Shown here: in pieces, positions 1 to 8,834 of the stretch | How positions within the stretch are numbered: the first letter of the stretch is position 1 | Layout: each line of letters starts with the position of its first letter | Source of the DNA: Gemmatimonadales bacterium | GTDB lineage: Bacteria; Gemmatimonadota; Gemmatimonadetes; Gemmatimonadales; GWC2-71-9 | DNA: 64,000 bases | Direction: 5' to 3' | Assembly (NCBI GenBank): GCA_965249575.1 | Contig: OZ252244.1 | Location: forward strand, 3,072,001 to 3,136,000 | The notes under the pieces: generated by a model | Seen by the model: the letters and a program-made list of their open reading frames with translations, nothing else | Database searches by the model: none | Told to the model about the DNA's origin: nothing | Made by a program: the position numbers and the translations under genes

Positions 1-1059
1 GATCAACTCCTCGTTCCGGATGACCGGAATCGGCGCCGTGTTCGTATTGTAGAGCGTAAACTTCAGGTCCGAAGTCACGTTGTTGAGGGCGAGCGGGGGC
101 GTGGGAGCCGTCTTTCTCGTGAGCCGCGCATCGACCAGCATTGTGATCGGATTGATCAGAGCGTCTCCCACCAGGTTCGTGTCCGCCAGGTACTCGAACC
201 CGGCCGGATCGAAGAAGTTGTTGGTTTCGTCGCCCGAGGCCGTGGAGTAGACGTTCCAGACGCCCAGGTCGAGATCGGCACCCGGGCTGTCGTCCAGGAA
301 CGACGCGGTCAGCGCATCCAATGCCGCCGTATTGTCGCCGGCCTCGAGTGCCGCCCGGGCCTTCATAGCCCGGTTGAATGCGATGAACGGCGTTGGAGTG
401 TTGAATCCGTCGAACCCCGACGTCACCTCGAAGGGGAACAAGCCTCCGCCGGCCATCAAGTGCGTCATGCCCTCGTTGTACTTCGTGAGGATGTACGTGA
501 ACGCCTCGGCCTCCGTCACGATCGGCGCTAAGCCTGCGGACGCATCCCGGTCGGTGTCCACCACGATCCCGACCTGGCCCTGCATCCGCAGCTGGCTGTG
601 GAGGATGGCGGCCTCGATGGTCTTGGCGAAGCCCCGCACGGCTTCCTTCTCCGCGGTGGTCACCTCCGGTCCGAGCGCGTCGAGCGCCGCCCGGAGCGCG
701 TTCGCCGTGTTGACGGCCACGTACGAGTCAGACCACCCGAGCCCCCCCGGTGACGACGGCGAGAGCGGGTCGTCGAACTCGGTGAGGGCCGTGCGGGCCA
801 CGGCCAGGTAGTAGCCCTCGCGTCCGTAGTGCGCGGGCGTTTGGATCTTGTCATCGGTTGCATCCCGCAGCGCCCACTGGAGACCGATCGCCGTCGCCTG
901 TACGATGGCGAGCGTCGGGTCGTCCGTGAGGGCGTTGATGCTGGGTTCGTCCTTGTTCGGCACGTTGAAGTCGCCGCAGGCAGCCACCGCCACGAGCACA
1001 CCGGCGGCGGCGAGAACTACTGTCGGTCTCATGATGAAACGCCTCGTCAGGTGTGTCAT
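1..1059 (-). CDS. susD: RagB/SusD-family outer-membrane lipoprotein (3' end outside window)
   Basis: Not in the ORF track; translated by hand. ATG at 1059 lies 2 nt after the susC stop and gives MTHLTRRFIMRPTVVLAAAGVLVAVAAC (lipobox), then GDFNVPN..GREGY. The frame reads PIPVIRNEELI at the window edge, matching the SusD at 11864 (PIPWIKNEELI). Confidence 0.9.
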   Translation of the reverse strand, partial: MTHLTRRFIMRPTVVLAAAGVLVAVAACGDFNVPNKDEPSINALTDDPTLAIVQATAIGLQWALRDATDDKIQTPAHYGREGYYLAVARTALTEFDDPLSPSSPGGLGWSDSYVAVNTANALRAALDALGPEVTTAEKEAVRGFAKTIEAAILHSQLRMQGQVGIVVDTDRDASAGLAPIVTEAEAFTYILTKYNEGMTHLMAGGGLFPFEVTSGFDGFNTPTPFIAFNRAMKARAALEAGDNTAALDALTASFLDDSPGADLDLGVWNVYSTASGDETNNFFDPAGFEYLADTNLVGDALINPITMLVDARLTRKTAPTPPLALNNVTSDLKFTLYNTNTAPIPVIRNEELI

Positions 1060-1061
1060 GG

Positions 1062-4000
1062 TTAGAACCCCAGGTCGACGGAGAACCAGAACGAACGGCT
1101 GGACGGATACGACGCGAACTCGCGGGTGCGCCCGATGTTGTTCATTTCCTGGTTCCCGCTGTTGTAGTTAGCGGTCGCCGGGTCGTTGCCCGGGAAGAAG
1201 TTGCCACCCAAGATGCTCTGATTCGTGATCAGGTTCCGGCCGCTTAGGCTGATCGAGGCGGTCCGGATGCTGCCCCAGATTTGCTGAGTGAGCGACCGCG
1301 GCAGGTCGAGGCTCACCTTCAACTCGCGCATCTTGATGTGCGATGCATTCCTGGAGTGGGTGTCGACCGCCAGCCGTCGCCACTGACGCCGCTCGTCGCC
1401 GAGCTTCAGGCCGGTTTCCGGATTGATGTCGTCGAAGTCGAACGCGGTCTTCCCGCCGTCCCAGTGGCGCCACGTCCCCAGGTTCACGTGACCGCCCTTG
1501 ACCGCGTCGACGCTCATGCTGATCCCGAGGGCCTTGTGCTGGAAATTCGTGACCAGGCCGGCCTGCCACTTCCGCTCCTGCGTGTCGTAGGCGCGTACCA
1601 CTGTCTGTGGAACCGTGTTCGGGTCGCTGTCCGTAAAGGCAGCGTGGGCACCGGGCAGGGTGTCGTTCCCGCCGAACTGGGAGATCGACTTGCCTTCCTC
1701 GACGAACACGGCGAACTGGCTGGTGAATCCGCCCGACTGGAAGCAGGGCGTGGACCCGCTGAACGGGCAGGTGCTCTCGAGCGGCAGCTCCAGGACCTTG
1801 CTGCGGTTGAGGGTGAAGTTACCGGTGAAGGTCAGGGACGTCGTGGCCGACCGCAGTGCCGCGAGGCTCAGGACGGTCTCGAGGCCGTTGACCCGGAACT
1901 TCCCGCCGTTGAACAGCTCGCTGTCGAAGCCGGTGGTGGGCGCGAGCGGGCGCCGCAAGAGGGCGTCGGTGATGCGCTTGTGGAAGAGGGTGACCTCGAG
2001 CAGGACGCGGCCCTGCGCCAGCTGGGCGTCGATGCCGCCCTCGAACTCGGTCTGCCGTTCGGGCTTGGCGTCGACGTTGCCCGACGTGCCCTCGATTCTC
2101 AGGGCGCCCAGCCCCTCGATGATCTCGGGCTCGAGATTGGTGAACTTCTGCCCGAACAGCGGCTGGTTGCCGGACTGCCCCCAGGCGCCCCGGAACTTGA
2201 CCTCGTTGACGAATCCGGTGTTGCCGAGGGTCAGCCGGTAGGCGATGGACGCCTTCGGGTAGAAATAGAATTTGCCGATGTCGGAGTTATTGCTGCTCTT
2301 GTCCGCCCGGCCGCCCACCGTGGCCAGCAGGCGGTCGTTGATCAGGATCTCCTCCTGGGCAAAGAAGCCGAGATCCTTCACGACCGTCTGGTCTGACTCG
2401 ACGAGCCGGGCGGTCGCCGCCCCGATGCTCGGCGTGCCGCCCACGAGGCCCCGACCCGCGGACCGCTCGAGGACTAACTCGACCCGCTCGAACTGCGAGC
2501 CCAGCGAGGTCGTGGCCTGGAGGCCTCCGCCGGCCGACCGGAACGTGTAGACCAGGTTCGAGTTGACGTTGGTGTTGATGTTGTGGCCCCAGGAGAGCAC
2601 CACGGTGCCCGGCAGGCCGTCGTCGTCCTCGAACATCAGCTCGGGCGGCGAGAAGACGTCCATCTTGTGCGTGTACTGGTCGACGCCGCCGTTCACGATC
2701 ACGTTCAGGGTGTGCTGCGGCGTGTTCAGGACGGACAGGTCAGCCCGACCGCTCCCGATCACGCGCCACACGGTCTCGTCGCGCTGCATGGCGACCGCCG
2801 AGTGGAGCGGGTTGCTGCCGCTGAAGGGATTGTCGGGGTAGATCCCGCCCTCGCAAGCCACCTGGCGCGAGCCGTCGGGGCACACCGCGCGAAGGTCGAA
2901 GAAGTTCGGGTGGTGGGGGAGAATGAAGTAATAGCTCGTCCCCGAGTTGTCGTTCCCGAACATGCCGCGGTCGGTCGCGGTCCGGATCACCTGCGCGCCG
3001 GTCGAGATCTTGAACCGGTCGCCGACCTGCTGGTCCAGGTTGAGCCGGAGCGAGGCCTTCTGGGCGAACGTCTCGATCACGATGCCCGGCTCGTGCCGGA
3101 ACAGCGCGGAGGCGAAGTACTGCGTGGTTTCCGTCCCGCCGCTCATGCTGGCGGAGAGGTCGGTCTGGATGGGCTTCCGGCCCGAGAGCTGATCCTCGAA
3201 GACGATCGGGGTGTAGCCGGCCTGGAAGTAATCATCAGAGTTTCCGCCAACCCCGTCGGGTCCCACCGCCTGCGGAAACGCGTCTACTGCGTCGGCCAGG
3301 TTCTGGAACACGCGCCCCCCGGTGCCGTTGCCGTGGGTGAAGGCCCGCTGGGCCATGCCCACCGCGGTCTTGATCTGGAACCGCGGCGCGCCCACCCGGC
3401 CGCGCTTGGTCGTGATGAGAATCACGCCGCCCGAGGCCTTGGAGCCGTAGATCGCGGCCGCCGACGCGCCCTTCAGCACCTCGACGCTCGCGATGTCGTT
3501 GGGGTTCAAGTCGGCGATCCGGTTGATCGGCGCCATCTGCTCCACGCTCGAAAGGTTCGCGCGCGAGGCCAGCTGGACCGCGTTGATGCCGCCCGAGATC
3601 CGTGCGTCGGAGACGATGACGCCGTCGAGCACGTAGAGTGGCGTGCCCGCTCCGAGCAGGGAGGTCGTGCCCCGCAACTGGATGCGCGAGCCGCCGCCTG
3701 GCTGGCCGGAGTTCTCCTGAATGAGAACGCCCGCCATCTTGCCCTGCAGCATCTGCTCGATGCTGGCCGAAGGCACCTTGGCGATCTCGGCGGCGGTCAC
3801 GGTGGCCACGGCGTTCGCGAGGTTCCGCTTCTCTACGCCGGTGGCCTGTCCGGTCACCACGATCGCCTCGAGCTGGAAGAAGTCGCGCCCGAGGGCGACG
3901 TTGACCGAGTTCTGGTTCGCCGACACTGTGACGTCTTGTCGCTTGAACCCGATGCTCCTGATGGTCAGAACCACGTCGCGCGTGGGCACCGCGACGGTGA

Positions 4001-4184
4001 ACGTCCCGTCGTCGGTGATCGTGGTCCCAATCGTCGTGCCCTGGACGGATACCTGTCCTGAGACGACGATGTCACTTGAGAGCGAGTCCGTGACCCGCCC
4101 CGTAACCAGCCGCGTCTGCGCCGACGCGGTGCCGAACCCGATGATCGTCAGGACGGCTGCTAACAGACTGGATCTGAAACTCAT
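1062..4184 (-). CDS. susC: SusC/RagA-family TonB-dependent outer-membrane transporter
   Basis: Signal peptide, carboxypeptidase-regulatory-like N domain, plug motif DLNPNDIASVEVLKGASAAAIYGSKASGGVILITTKRG, C-terminal Phe (SVDLGF), followed by susD. Confidence 0.95.
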   Translation of the reverse strand: MSFRSSLLAAVLTIIGFGTASAQTRLVTGRVTDSLSSDIVVSGQVSVQGTTIGTTITDDGTFTVAVPTRDVVLTIRSIGFKRQDVTVSANQNSVNVALGRDFFQLEAIVVTGQATGVEKRNLANAVATVTAAEIAKVPSASIEQMLQGKMAGVLIQENSGQPGGGSRIQLRGTTSLLGAGTPLYVLDGVIVSDARISGGINAVQLASRANLSSVEQMAPINRIADLNPNDIASVEVLKGASAAAIYGSKASGGVILITTKRGRVGAPRFQIKTAVGMAQRAFTHGNGTGGRVFQNLADAVDAFPQAVGPDGVGGNSDDYFQAGYTPIVFEDQLSGRKPIQTDLSASMSGGTETTQYFASALFRHEPGIVIETFAQKASLRLNLDQQVGDRFKISTGAQVIRTATDRGMFGNDNSGTSYYFILPHHPNFFDLRAVCPDGSRQVACEGGIYPDNPFSGSNPLHSAVAMQRDETVWRVIGSGRADLSVLNTPQHTLNVIVNGGVDQYTHKMDVFSPPELMFEDDDGLPGTVVLSWGHNINTNVNSNLVYTFRSAGGGLQATTSLGSQFERVELVLERSAGRGLVGGTPSIGAATARLVESDQTVVKDLGFFAQEEILINDRLLATVGGRADKSSNNSDIGKFYFYPKASIAYRLTLGNTGFVNEVKFRGAWGQSGNQPLFGQKFTNLEPEIIEGLGALRIEGTSGNVDAKPERQTEFEGGIDAQLAQGRVLLEVTLFHKRITDALLRRPLAPTTGFDSELFNGGKFRVNGLETVLSLAALRSATTSLTFTGNFTLNRSKVLELPLESTCPFSGSTPCFQSGGFTSQFAVFVEEGKSISQFGGNDTLPGAHAAFTDSDPNTVPQTVVRAYDTQERKWQAGLVTNFQHKALGISMSVDAVKGGHVNLGTWRHWDGGKTAFDFDDINPETGLKLGDERRQWRRLAVDTHSRNASHIKMRELKVSLDLPRSLTQQIWGSIRTASISLSGRNLITNQSILGGNFFPGNDPATANYNSGNQEMNNIGRTREFASYPSSRSFWFSVDLGF

Positions 4185-4290
4185 GCTTCAACCTCCCGGT
4201 GGGGTAATTCGACGCATAAAATATCGTGGCGGCCCGGTGATCCCGAAACCACTGCACGACATGTCGAATGCGATGTGTTTAGTCAACATG

Positions 4291-4319
4291 TAGATACGCG
4301 CGGGGCCCATGTCTGTCAA
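4291..4319 (-). promoter_or_regulatory. Putative sigma70-type promoter of susC/susD pair 1
   Basis: Minus strand TTGACA (4319-4314), 17-nt spacer, TATCTA (4296-4291), about 110 nt upstream of the susC ATG. Confidence 0.5.
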
Positions 4320-4582
4320 TACCACCTCCACGGGTGTTGGTACGGTCCCTTAACCGCAATGACAGTCAAGGTTTGGGGGTAGTGAAAAGTGATTCGAATA
4401 GTCGGCTTTCTCGCATGAAGCAATGCCAGTCTCGGCGTGAAAAAGCGCTTAACGCGGTGATACGCGGCCTGGACTCCTCTGATCGATCCATCGCGATTGG
4501 TATCGCCGGCCCTGGAGGGCGCTCTTTGCCCGCGTCCGTCAGGACGCGCTCCATTTGGCCGAGCCCGCATTTCAAGGCGGGA

Positions 4583-4626
4583 GAACGGAAAAGCGGACCC
4601 ACTCGAGGTGGCCCGCCTTCCGGTTC
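4583..4626 (-). terminator. Imperfect hairpin, likely terminator of the multicopper oxidase operon
   Basis: GGAAAAGCGGACCCAC-TCGAG-GTGGCCCGCCTTCC inverted repeat; on the minus strand the 3' arm ends CCGCTTTTCC. Confidence 0.5.
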
Positions 4627-4645
4627 CTACTTGTTCGGTTCCAAT

Positions 4646-4709
4646 TCAGGTGTCGGCCAGGTGCCGGGCTTGATTCAGTATGGGTCTGACGCCTGAAACC
4701 TGGCACCTG
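4646..4709. repeat. Heptamer-based inverted repeat (CAGGTGY units) just 3' of the multicopper oxidase stop
   Basis: Left arm TCAGGTGTCGGCCAGGTGCCGGG; right arm CTGACGCCTGAAACCTGGCACCTG (reverse complement CAGGTGC-CAGGTTT-CAGGCGT-CAG). Confidence 0.5.
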
Positions 4710-4710
4710 T

Positions 4711-6438
4711 TTACATCGGTCTGGGCAGATCCGGCCCCTCGACCTGGAACGCCATCATCATTCCCGATTGCAGGTGCTCGGCGATGTGGCAGTGCGCCAT
4801 CCAGCTGCCGGGGTTGGTGAGCTCGAGCAGGATGTCGGCGTTGGAGCCCACGGTGACGAGCTCCGTGTCCTTCCACACCAGGTTCTTGTTCGGGATCCCG
4901 TCCTTCTCGAGCACGAGGAACCGCTGCCCGTGGAAGTGGACAGGGTGGTTCATTGGGTGGAACGACGCCGCGTCGTTGTGGATGCGGATCTTGACGAAGT
5001 CGCCGACCTGGAACTTCCAGGCGATGTCCATGTTCTCGGCGCCCGTCCCCTCCTCGCGGATGATCCACCGCACCTGATCCAGCCCGGTCGAGATCCAGTT
5101 CATGTCGGACATGTTGTCCGTCCACTCCACCGGCGCTCTGTAGGAGGTGTCGATGCTGATGAACTGGAGCATGGGGATCGGCAGGTTGTCCATCTCGACC
5201 GTCAACGTGATCTCATGATCGATCGGTCGGTCGAAGTGCGGCCGGATCTGCTCGATCTCTGCGATGAGGGAGTCGTCCTGGCGGAGGGTCTCGAATGCGT
5301 GGGTATGGTCCTCTTCCACGTCCCCATCCGTGACCATGACCATGCCGAGTGTATCCACTGCCGGATAGAACTCGCCCAACATGTGGTCGATCGCCTGAAT
5401 CCGGTTGGTCAGGTAGAACGTGCCCGCGCTATCGAACTTGGCTTCGACGGTGTATCGCTGCGCCGGCGCGATGACGACCGTGCTGACCATCATCTCCCTC
5501 TCGTAGCGGCTGAGATCCGCCCCGACGAGCTTGAGCGGGAAGCCGCCGATGGACAGGTTGTACACCCGTGCGTTGGCGACGTTGGTGAGGTAGAACCGGA
5601 CGACCTCGCCTTTGTTGACGTGCAGGTGATAGAATGACTCGCCGTTGACGAGCATCATGTTTCCGAACCGGCCCATGAGTGCGAAGTCCGACGCCTCCTT
5701 CCCGAACGGGATCAGGGTGTCCCCGCCGATGAGGATGTCGTCCAGCATGACGATCTCTTCGCGGTTGACCGGGCTGTAGTAATCCTCCCGTGCCGGATCT
5801 ACGAGCATGTTCCCGTAGAGCCCCATGTCCTGCGCGATGTCTTCGCGGACGTGATCGTGATACCAGTAAATCCCCGCGTCCTTGAAGTTGACCTTGTAGA
5901 GGAAAGACTCGCCGGGCTGGACGGCCTCCTGCGTGACGGCCGTGCCATCAGAGGAGTTCTCCAACCGCACGCCGTGCCAGTGCACCGTGGACGGCAAGTC
6001 GATGCTGTTGACGAAATCGACGAATATCGTCGCGTCCTGCTTCACCCTGAGCAGCGGTCCGGGATATTGCCCGTTGTAGCCGTACATCTTGAACGTGCGG
6101 CCATGGACGGTCCGCTTGACGATCATCGCCTCGAGCCGCAGGGTGTCGCCGTTACCCATCGTGACGAGCTCCCGCGGCGTCGCCTCGGGAAGGGACTCGA
6201 GGTCGAGGCCCGCTCCAGGAAGGAAGGGCGTGGTCACCGGAGGATTGCCGAGTCCCGGAATCATCGGGGTGATCATCATCGGGAGGATCATCATTCCGCT
6301 CGGCACGACGCCTTCGCCGTGATCCATCTCCATCCCGGGCATCCCGCCCATCTGCGCCTGGCTGGAAGACAGGCCGACCGCCACCAGAGCGGTGCCGACA
6401 GCGAGTGCTCGGCCTCCCGTTCGCATGCGGCTCAGCAT
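4711..6438 (-). CDS. Secreted three-domain multicopper oxidase (CueO/CopA/laccase-like)
   Basis: All four Cu motifs present: VHWHG, WYHDH, HPVHFHG, HCHIAEHLQSGMM. Met-rich N-terminus after a signal peptide. Start set at ATG 6438, overlapping the upstream stop; the track extension to 6993 overlaps another gene. Confidence 0.92.
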   Translation of the reverse strand: MLSRMRTGGRALAVGTALVAVGLSSSQAQMGGMPGMEMDHGEGVVPSGMMILPMMITPMIPGLGNPPVTTPFLPGAGLDLESLPEATPRELVTMGNGDTLRLEAMIVKRTVHGRTFKMYGYNGQYPGPLLRVKQDATIFVDFVNSIDLPSTVHWHGVRLENSSDGTAVTQEAVQPGESFLYKVNFKDAGIYWYHDHVREDIAQDMGLYGNMLVDPAREDYYSPVNREEIVMLDDILIGGDTLIPFGKEASDFALMGRFGNMMLVNGESFYHLHVNKGEVVRFYLTNVANARVYNLSIGGFPLKLVGADLSRYEREMMVSTVVIAPAQRYTVEAKFDSAGTFYLTNRIQAIDHMLGEFYPAVDTLGMVMVTDGDVEEDHTHAFETLRQDDSLIAEIEQIRPHFDRPIDHEITLTVEMDNLPIPMLQFISIDTSYRAPVEWTDNMSDMNWISTGLDQVRWIIREEGTGAENMDIAWKFQVGDFVKIRIHNDAASFHPMNHPVHFHGQRFLVLEKDGIPNKNLVWKDTELVTVGSNADILLELTNPGSWMAHCHIAEHLQSGMMMAFQVEGPDLPRPM

Positions 6439-7040
6439 AGCGGGGTACCGCCGCTGAAGAGGTCGTGGCCCGCGAAGTTCTCGAGGCGGGCGCTGGGCGT
6501 CCGTCCACTCAGAACGATCGGGCCCGACCACCGACTGCCGTCCGTCGCCGATTCGGCCGAGATCACGACCATCATCTTGTTCCAGTCCGCGGTGAACGCC
6601 AGCTCCTCCCCATTCGAGATCGTGCCCATGTTCTTGACCTTGTCGAGGCTCGGGGTGGCGAGCCACACGACATAGGTCGTGTGCGGTCCAAGCAGTCCCG
6701 GGTCCGGCAGGCCCTCGACGGTGACGTCCATGTCGTAGATGAAGCTCCCCTCGGGGGTGACTGCCAGGCCGAAGGGCGACCACGCTGGGATGAGGTTCAC
6801 CTTGCCACCCGCGCGTGCGACGCGGCCCGAGGGGAGGAGCTCGAACTGATGCGGTTTGGGGGGCAGCGCAACTGCCCACACCCGCCCGTCCGAGCCACAC
6901 CGCATCCCAAACGCGATTGCGGGCGCCGGGGACCCGACGGTCGCCAACGCTGACGCCGGCGCTCCGAGTGCAACGGCACCGACCGCTAGCCACGCGCCGA
7001 TGATGCGGACCGGAGAGCGAGATGGATACCAGCGAAGCAT
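6432..7040 (-). CDS. Hypothetical secreted protein coupled to the multicopper oxidase
   Basis: 202-aa ORF with a signal-peptide-like N-terminus; its stop overlaps the oxidase start (ATGCTGA). Confidence 0.7.
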   Translation of the reverse strand: MLRWYPSRSPVRIIGAWLAVGAVALGAPASALATVGSPAPAIAFGMRCGSDGRVWAVALPPKPHQFELLPSGRVARAGGKVNLIPAWSPFGLAVTPEGSFIYDMDVTVEGLPDPGLLGPHTTYVVWLATPSLDKVKNMGTISNGEELAFTADWNKMMVVISAESATDGSRWSGPIVLSGRTPSARLENFAGHDLFSGGTPLC

Positions 7041-7130
7041 GATATGCTCACCTATCGGATTGTGAGATTCGATTTCGTGCGCTGATACAAGTTCAGATTC
7101 GGTCTGTAGCCCGTCAAGGGCGGCTAGCGG

Positions 7131-8264
7131 TCATCTCGGAACGTAATTCCTAACGGGAGTGCTGGTTACGCAATCGCCTGGGACGAGCTCGCCATTCGCC
7201 ACCGGCGCTATGGCGTCCACTAAACGCTGGGCCGCAGCTGGCAAGTCATACACTCCGACCGCTTCCTTGTTCGCGTTGCCCATTCGTTTCGCCTCCCCGG
7301 GGTTCTGGATGACCCACGCGAGCGCGTCGGCGAGCGCGCGATCGTCTCCCGGCTCAATCAAGAGGCCGTTCTGTTGGTGTTTCACCAGCTCCGGCGTCGC
7401 GCTCGCCCGACACGCGACGATGGGCTTGCCGGCCGCCATGGCTTCGACGAACGCGATGCCGAACCCCTCTTGCAGAGTCGGCAGGCAGAAGACGTCGCAG
7501 CCCGCGTATTCCGCCGCGAGCCGGTCGAAGCCGATCTGGCCGGTGAAGGAAACGAGTCCGCCGAGTCGGAGCGAAGTCGCCAAGCGATGAAGGCGAGCCC
7601 GCTCCGGTCCGTCGCCCACGATCCGGAGCTGGAGATTGGGCACCTCGGTACGGAGCAGGCTGGCTGCCCTCAGGAGTGCTGCGATGTTTTTCCTTCTATA
7701 CATACGGCTCACGCACAGCACCGTCGGACCCCCGCGGCCCTCGGTGGTGGCCCGCTGCAGCGCGTCCGACCAGCGCCAGAGATCTACACCGGGCTGCGCG
7801 ACCCTGATTCGGGCCCGATCCGCTTGGTAGAGCTCGACCAGGCGCCGGGCGCTGTGGTGGCTCAGTGCGAGCACGAGGTCGGCTTTCCGCACGCTTCGTC
7901 CTTCCGCCGCTGCCTGCATCCGGAACGCCAGCCGAGTCCAGCCGCGCTCGAAGCGAGCCTCTTCGGCGATGATCCCGTGTGGATAGGCGACGAATGGCCG
8001 GCTGATGCTCCCCGCGAGGGCCCAGCCATCCATGTCGATGCCCAGCACGATGTCAGCGTGCTCGACCAAGTCGCGGTCGATGCGACCGTTGAACGCGAAT
8101 CGGCGGATCCCGAATCGCGAGGTCCATGAGAGATTGGCCGGGCCGACGAGATCTACTTGGTGGCCTAACCGCTCGACCCCGTGCATCAGCGAGCCGATCG
8201 CGACGTGGGTGCCGCTCCCAAGCGCGACGTTCCGAGGCGTGGCGGTGATCACGGCGATGCGCAT
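7131..8264 (-). CDS. Glycosyltransferase family 4 (GT-B)
   Basis: EGFGIAFVEAMAAGKPIV (EX7E) motif, VGDGPER, RMYRRKN. Confidence 0.92.
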   Translation of the reverse strand: MRIAVITATPRNVALGSGTHVAIGSLMHGVERLGHQVDLVGPANLSWTSRFGIRRFAFNGRIDRDLVEHADIVLGIDMDGWALAGSISRPFVAYPHGIIAEEARFERGWTRLAFRMQAAAEGRSVRKADLVLALSHHSARRLVELYQADRARIRVAQPGVDLWRWSDALQRATTEGRGGPTVLCVSRMYRRKNIAALLRAASLLRTEVPNLQLRIVGDGPERARLHRLATSLRLGGLVSFTGQIGFDRLAAEYAGCDVFCLPTLQEGFGIAFVEAMAAGKPIVACRASATPELVKHQQNGLLIEPGDDRALADALAWVIQNPGEAKRMGNANKEAVGVYDLPAAAQRLVDAIAPVANGELVPGDCVTSTPVRNYVPR

Positions 8265-8594
8265 GCGGAAAGCTACAACAGCCGAGGGGCCAGGGATTCA
8301 AGGCTCGAGCGGGACGATCGCTCCAAGCGCCGTGCCTGCTCGCCCATTCCTGCGCTTATTCTGTTCGCTTATTATCGAGAAGCTTTAAGTTCCCCTACCC
8401 CCTAGTCCCATCCCCTCAAGCCTCCCGACAGTGTCAAGCCAGTGCACCGTAGAGCGTAAGTAGCACCGCTACAGCCGGTTATGGAATCATCGGGGCCCGA
8501 TAGCCGCCCCGAGTGGGCTTGCGCCTCGCCCGACAGCCTCCCGACACCCTTAGGAAGGCGCAAAGACGGTCAGATTCCTGTACCACCCCAGGTA

Positions 8595-8623
8595 TTGACA
8601 CAGACTGTACGTGCGGGCATGTT
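8595..8623 (+). promoter_or_regulatory. Putative sigma70-type promoter of susC/susD pair 2
   Basis: TTGACA (8595-8600), 17-nt spacer, CATGTT (weak -10). The GGTATTGACA context is shared with the pair 1 promoter. Confidence 0.4.
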
Positions 8624-8834
8624 GGCGCCCATATCATATTCGGTAGCTGTATCAGATCCGCAGACTCGGTCCTGTGACGAGCGTCGTCTGGGCCGGGGTA
8701 TACTGCAAGTCGGACCCAGGCACGATCACGGGCCTGGCGTGTTTTTCGCGCACCCGGCAGGGTGCAAGTCGGGCGTGCACTTTGGATGCTGGCGAACCGT
8801 GCATGTCCAATCTCATCCCATTGTGGGGTGTCAC

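Noticed and set aside
1281..4061. Long antisense and alternate-frame ORFs (for example 2583..4061, 11906..13309, 36008..37519, 48026..49450)
   Set aside because: These are shadow ORFs expected in high-GC coding DNA; they have no motifs and lie opposite well-supported genes.
4316..4696. Small ORFs or a riboswitch upstream of susC 1
   Set aside because: The ORFs are mutually overlapping and motif-free, and I could not recognise cobalamin or TPP riboswitch consensus elements by eye. An Rfam scan would settle it.
6439..6993. Long N-terminal extensions in the ORF track (also 8481, 22713, 27928, 28641, 35113, 59655)
   Set aside because: They overlap neighbouring genes or promoters; downstream starts give signal peptides or coupled stop/start junctions.
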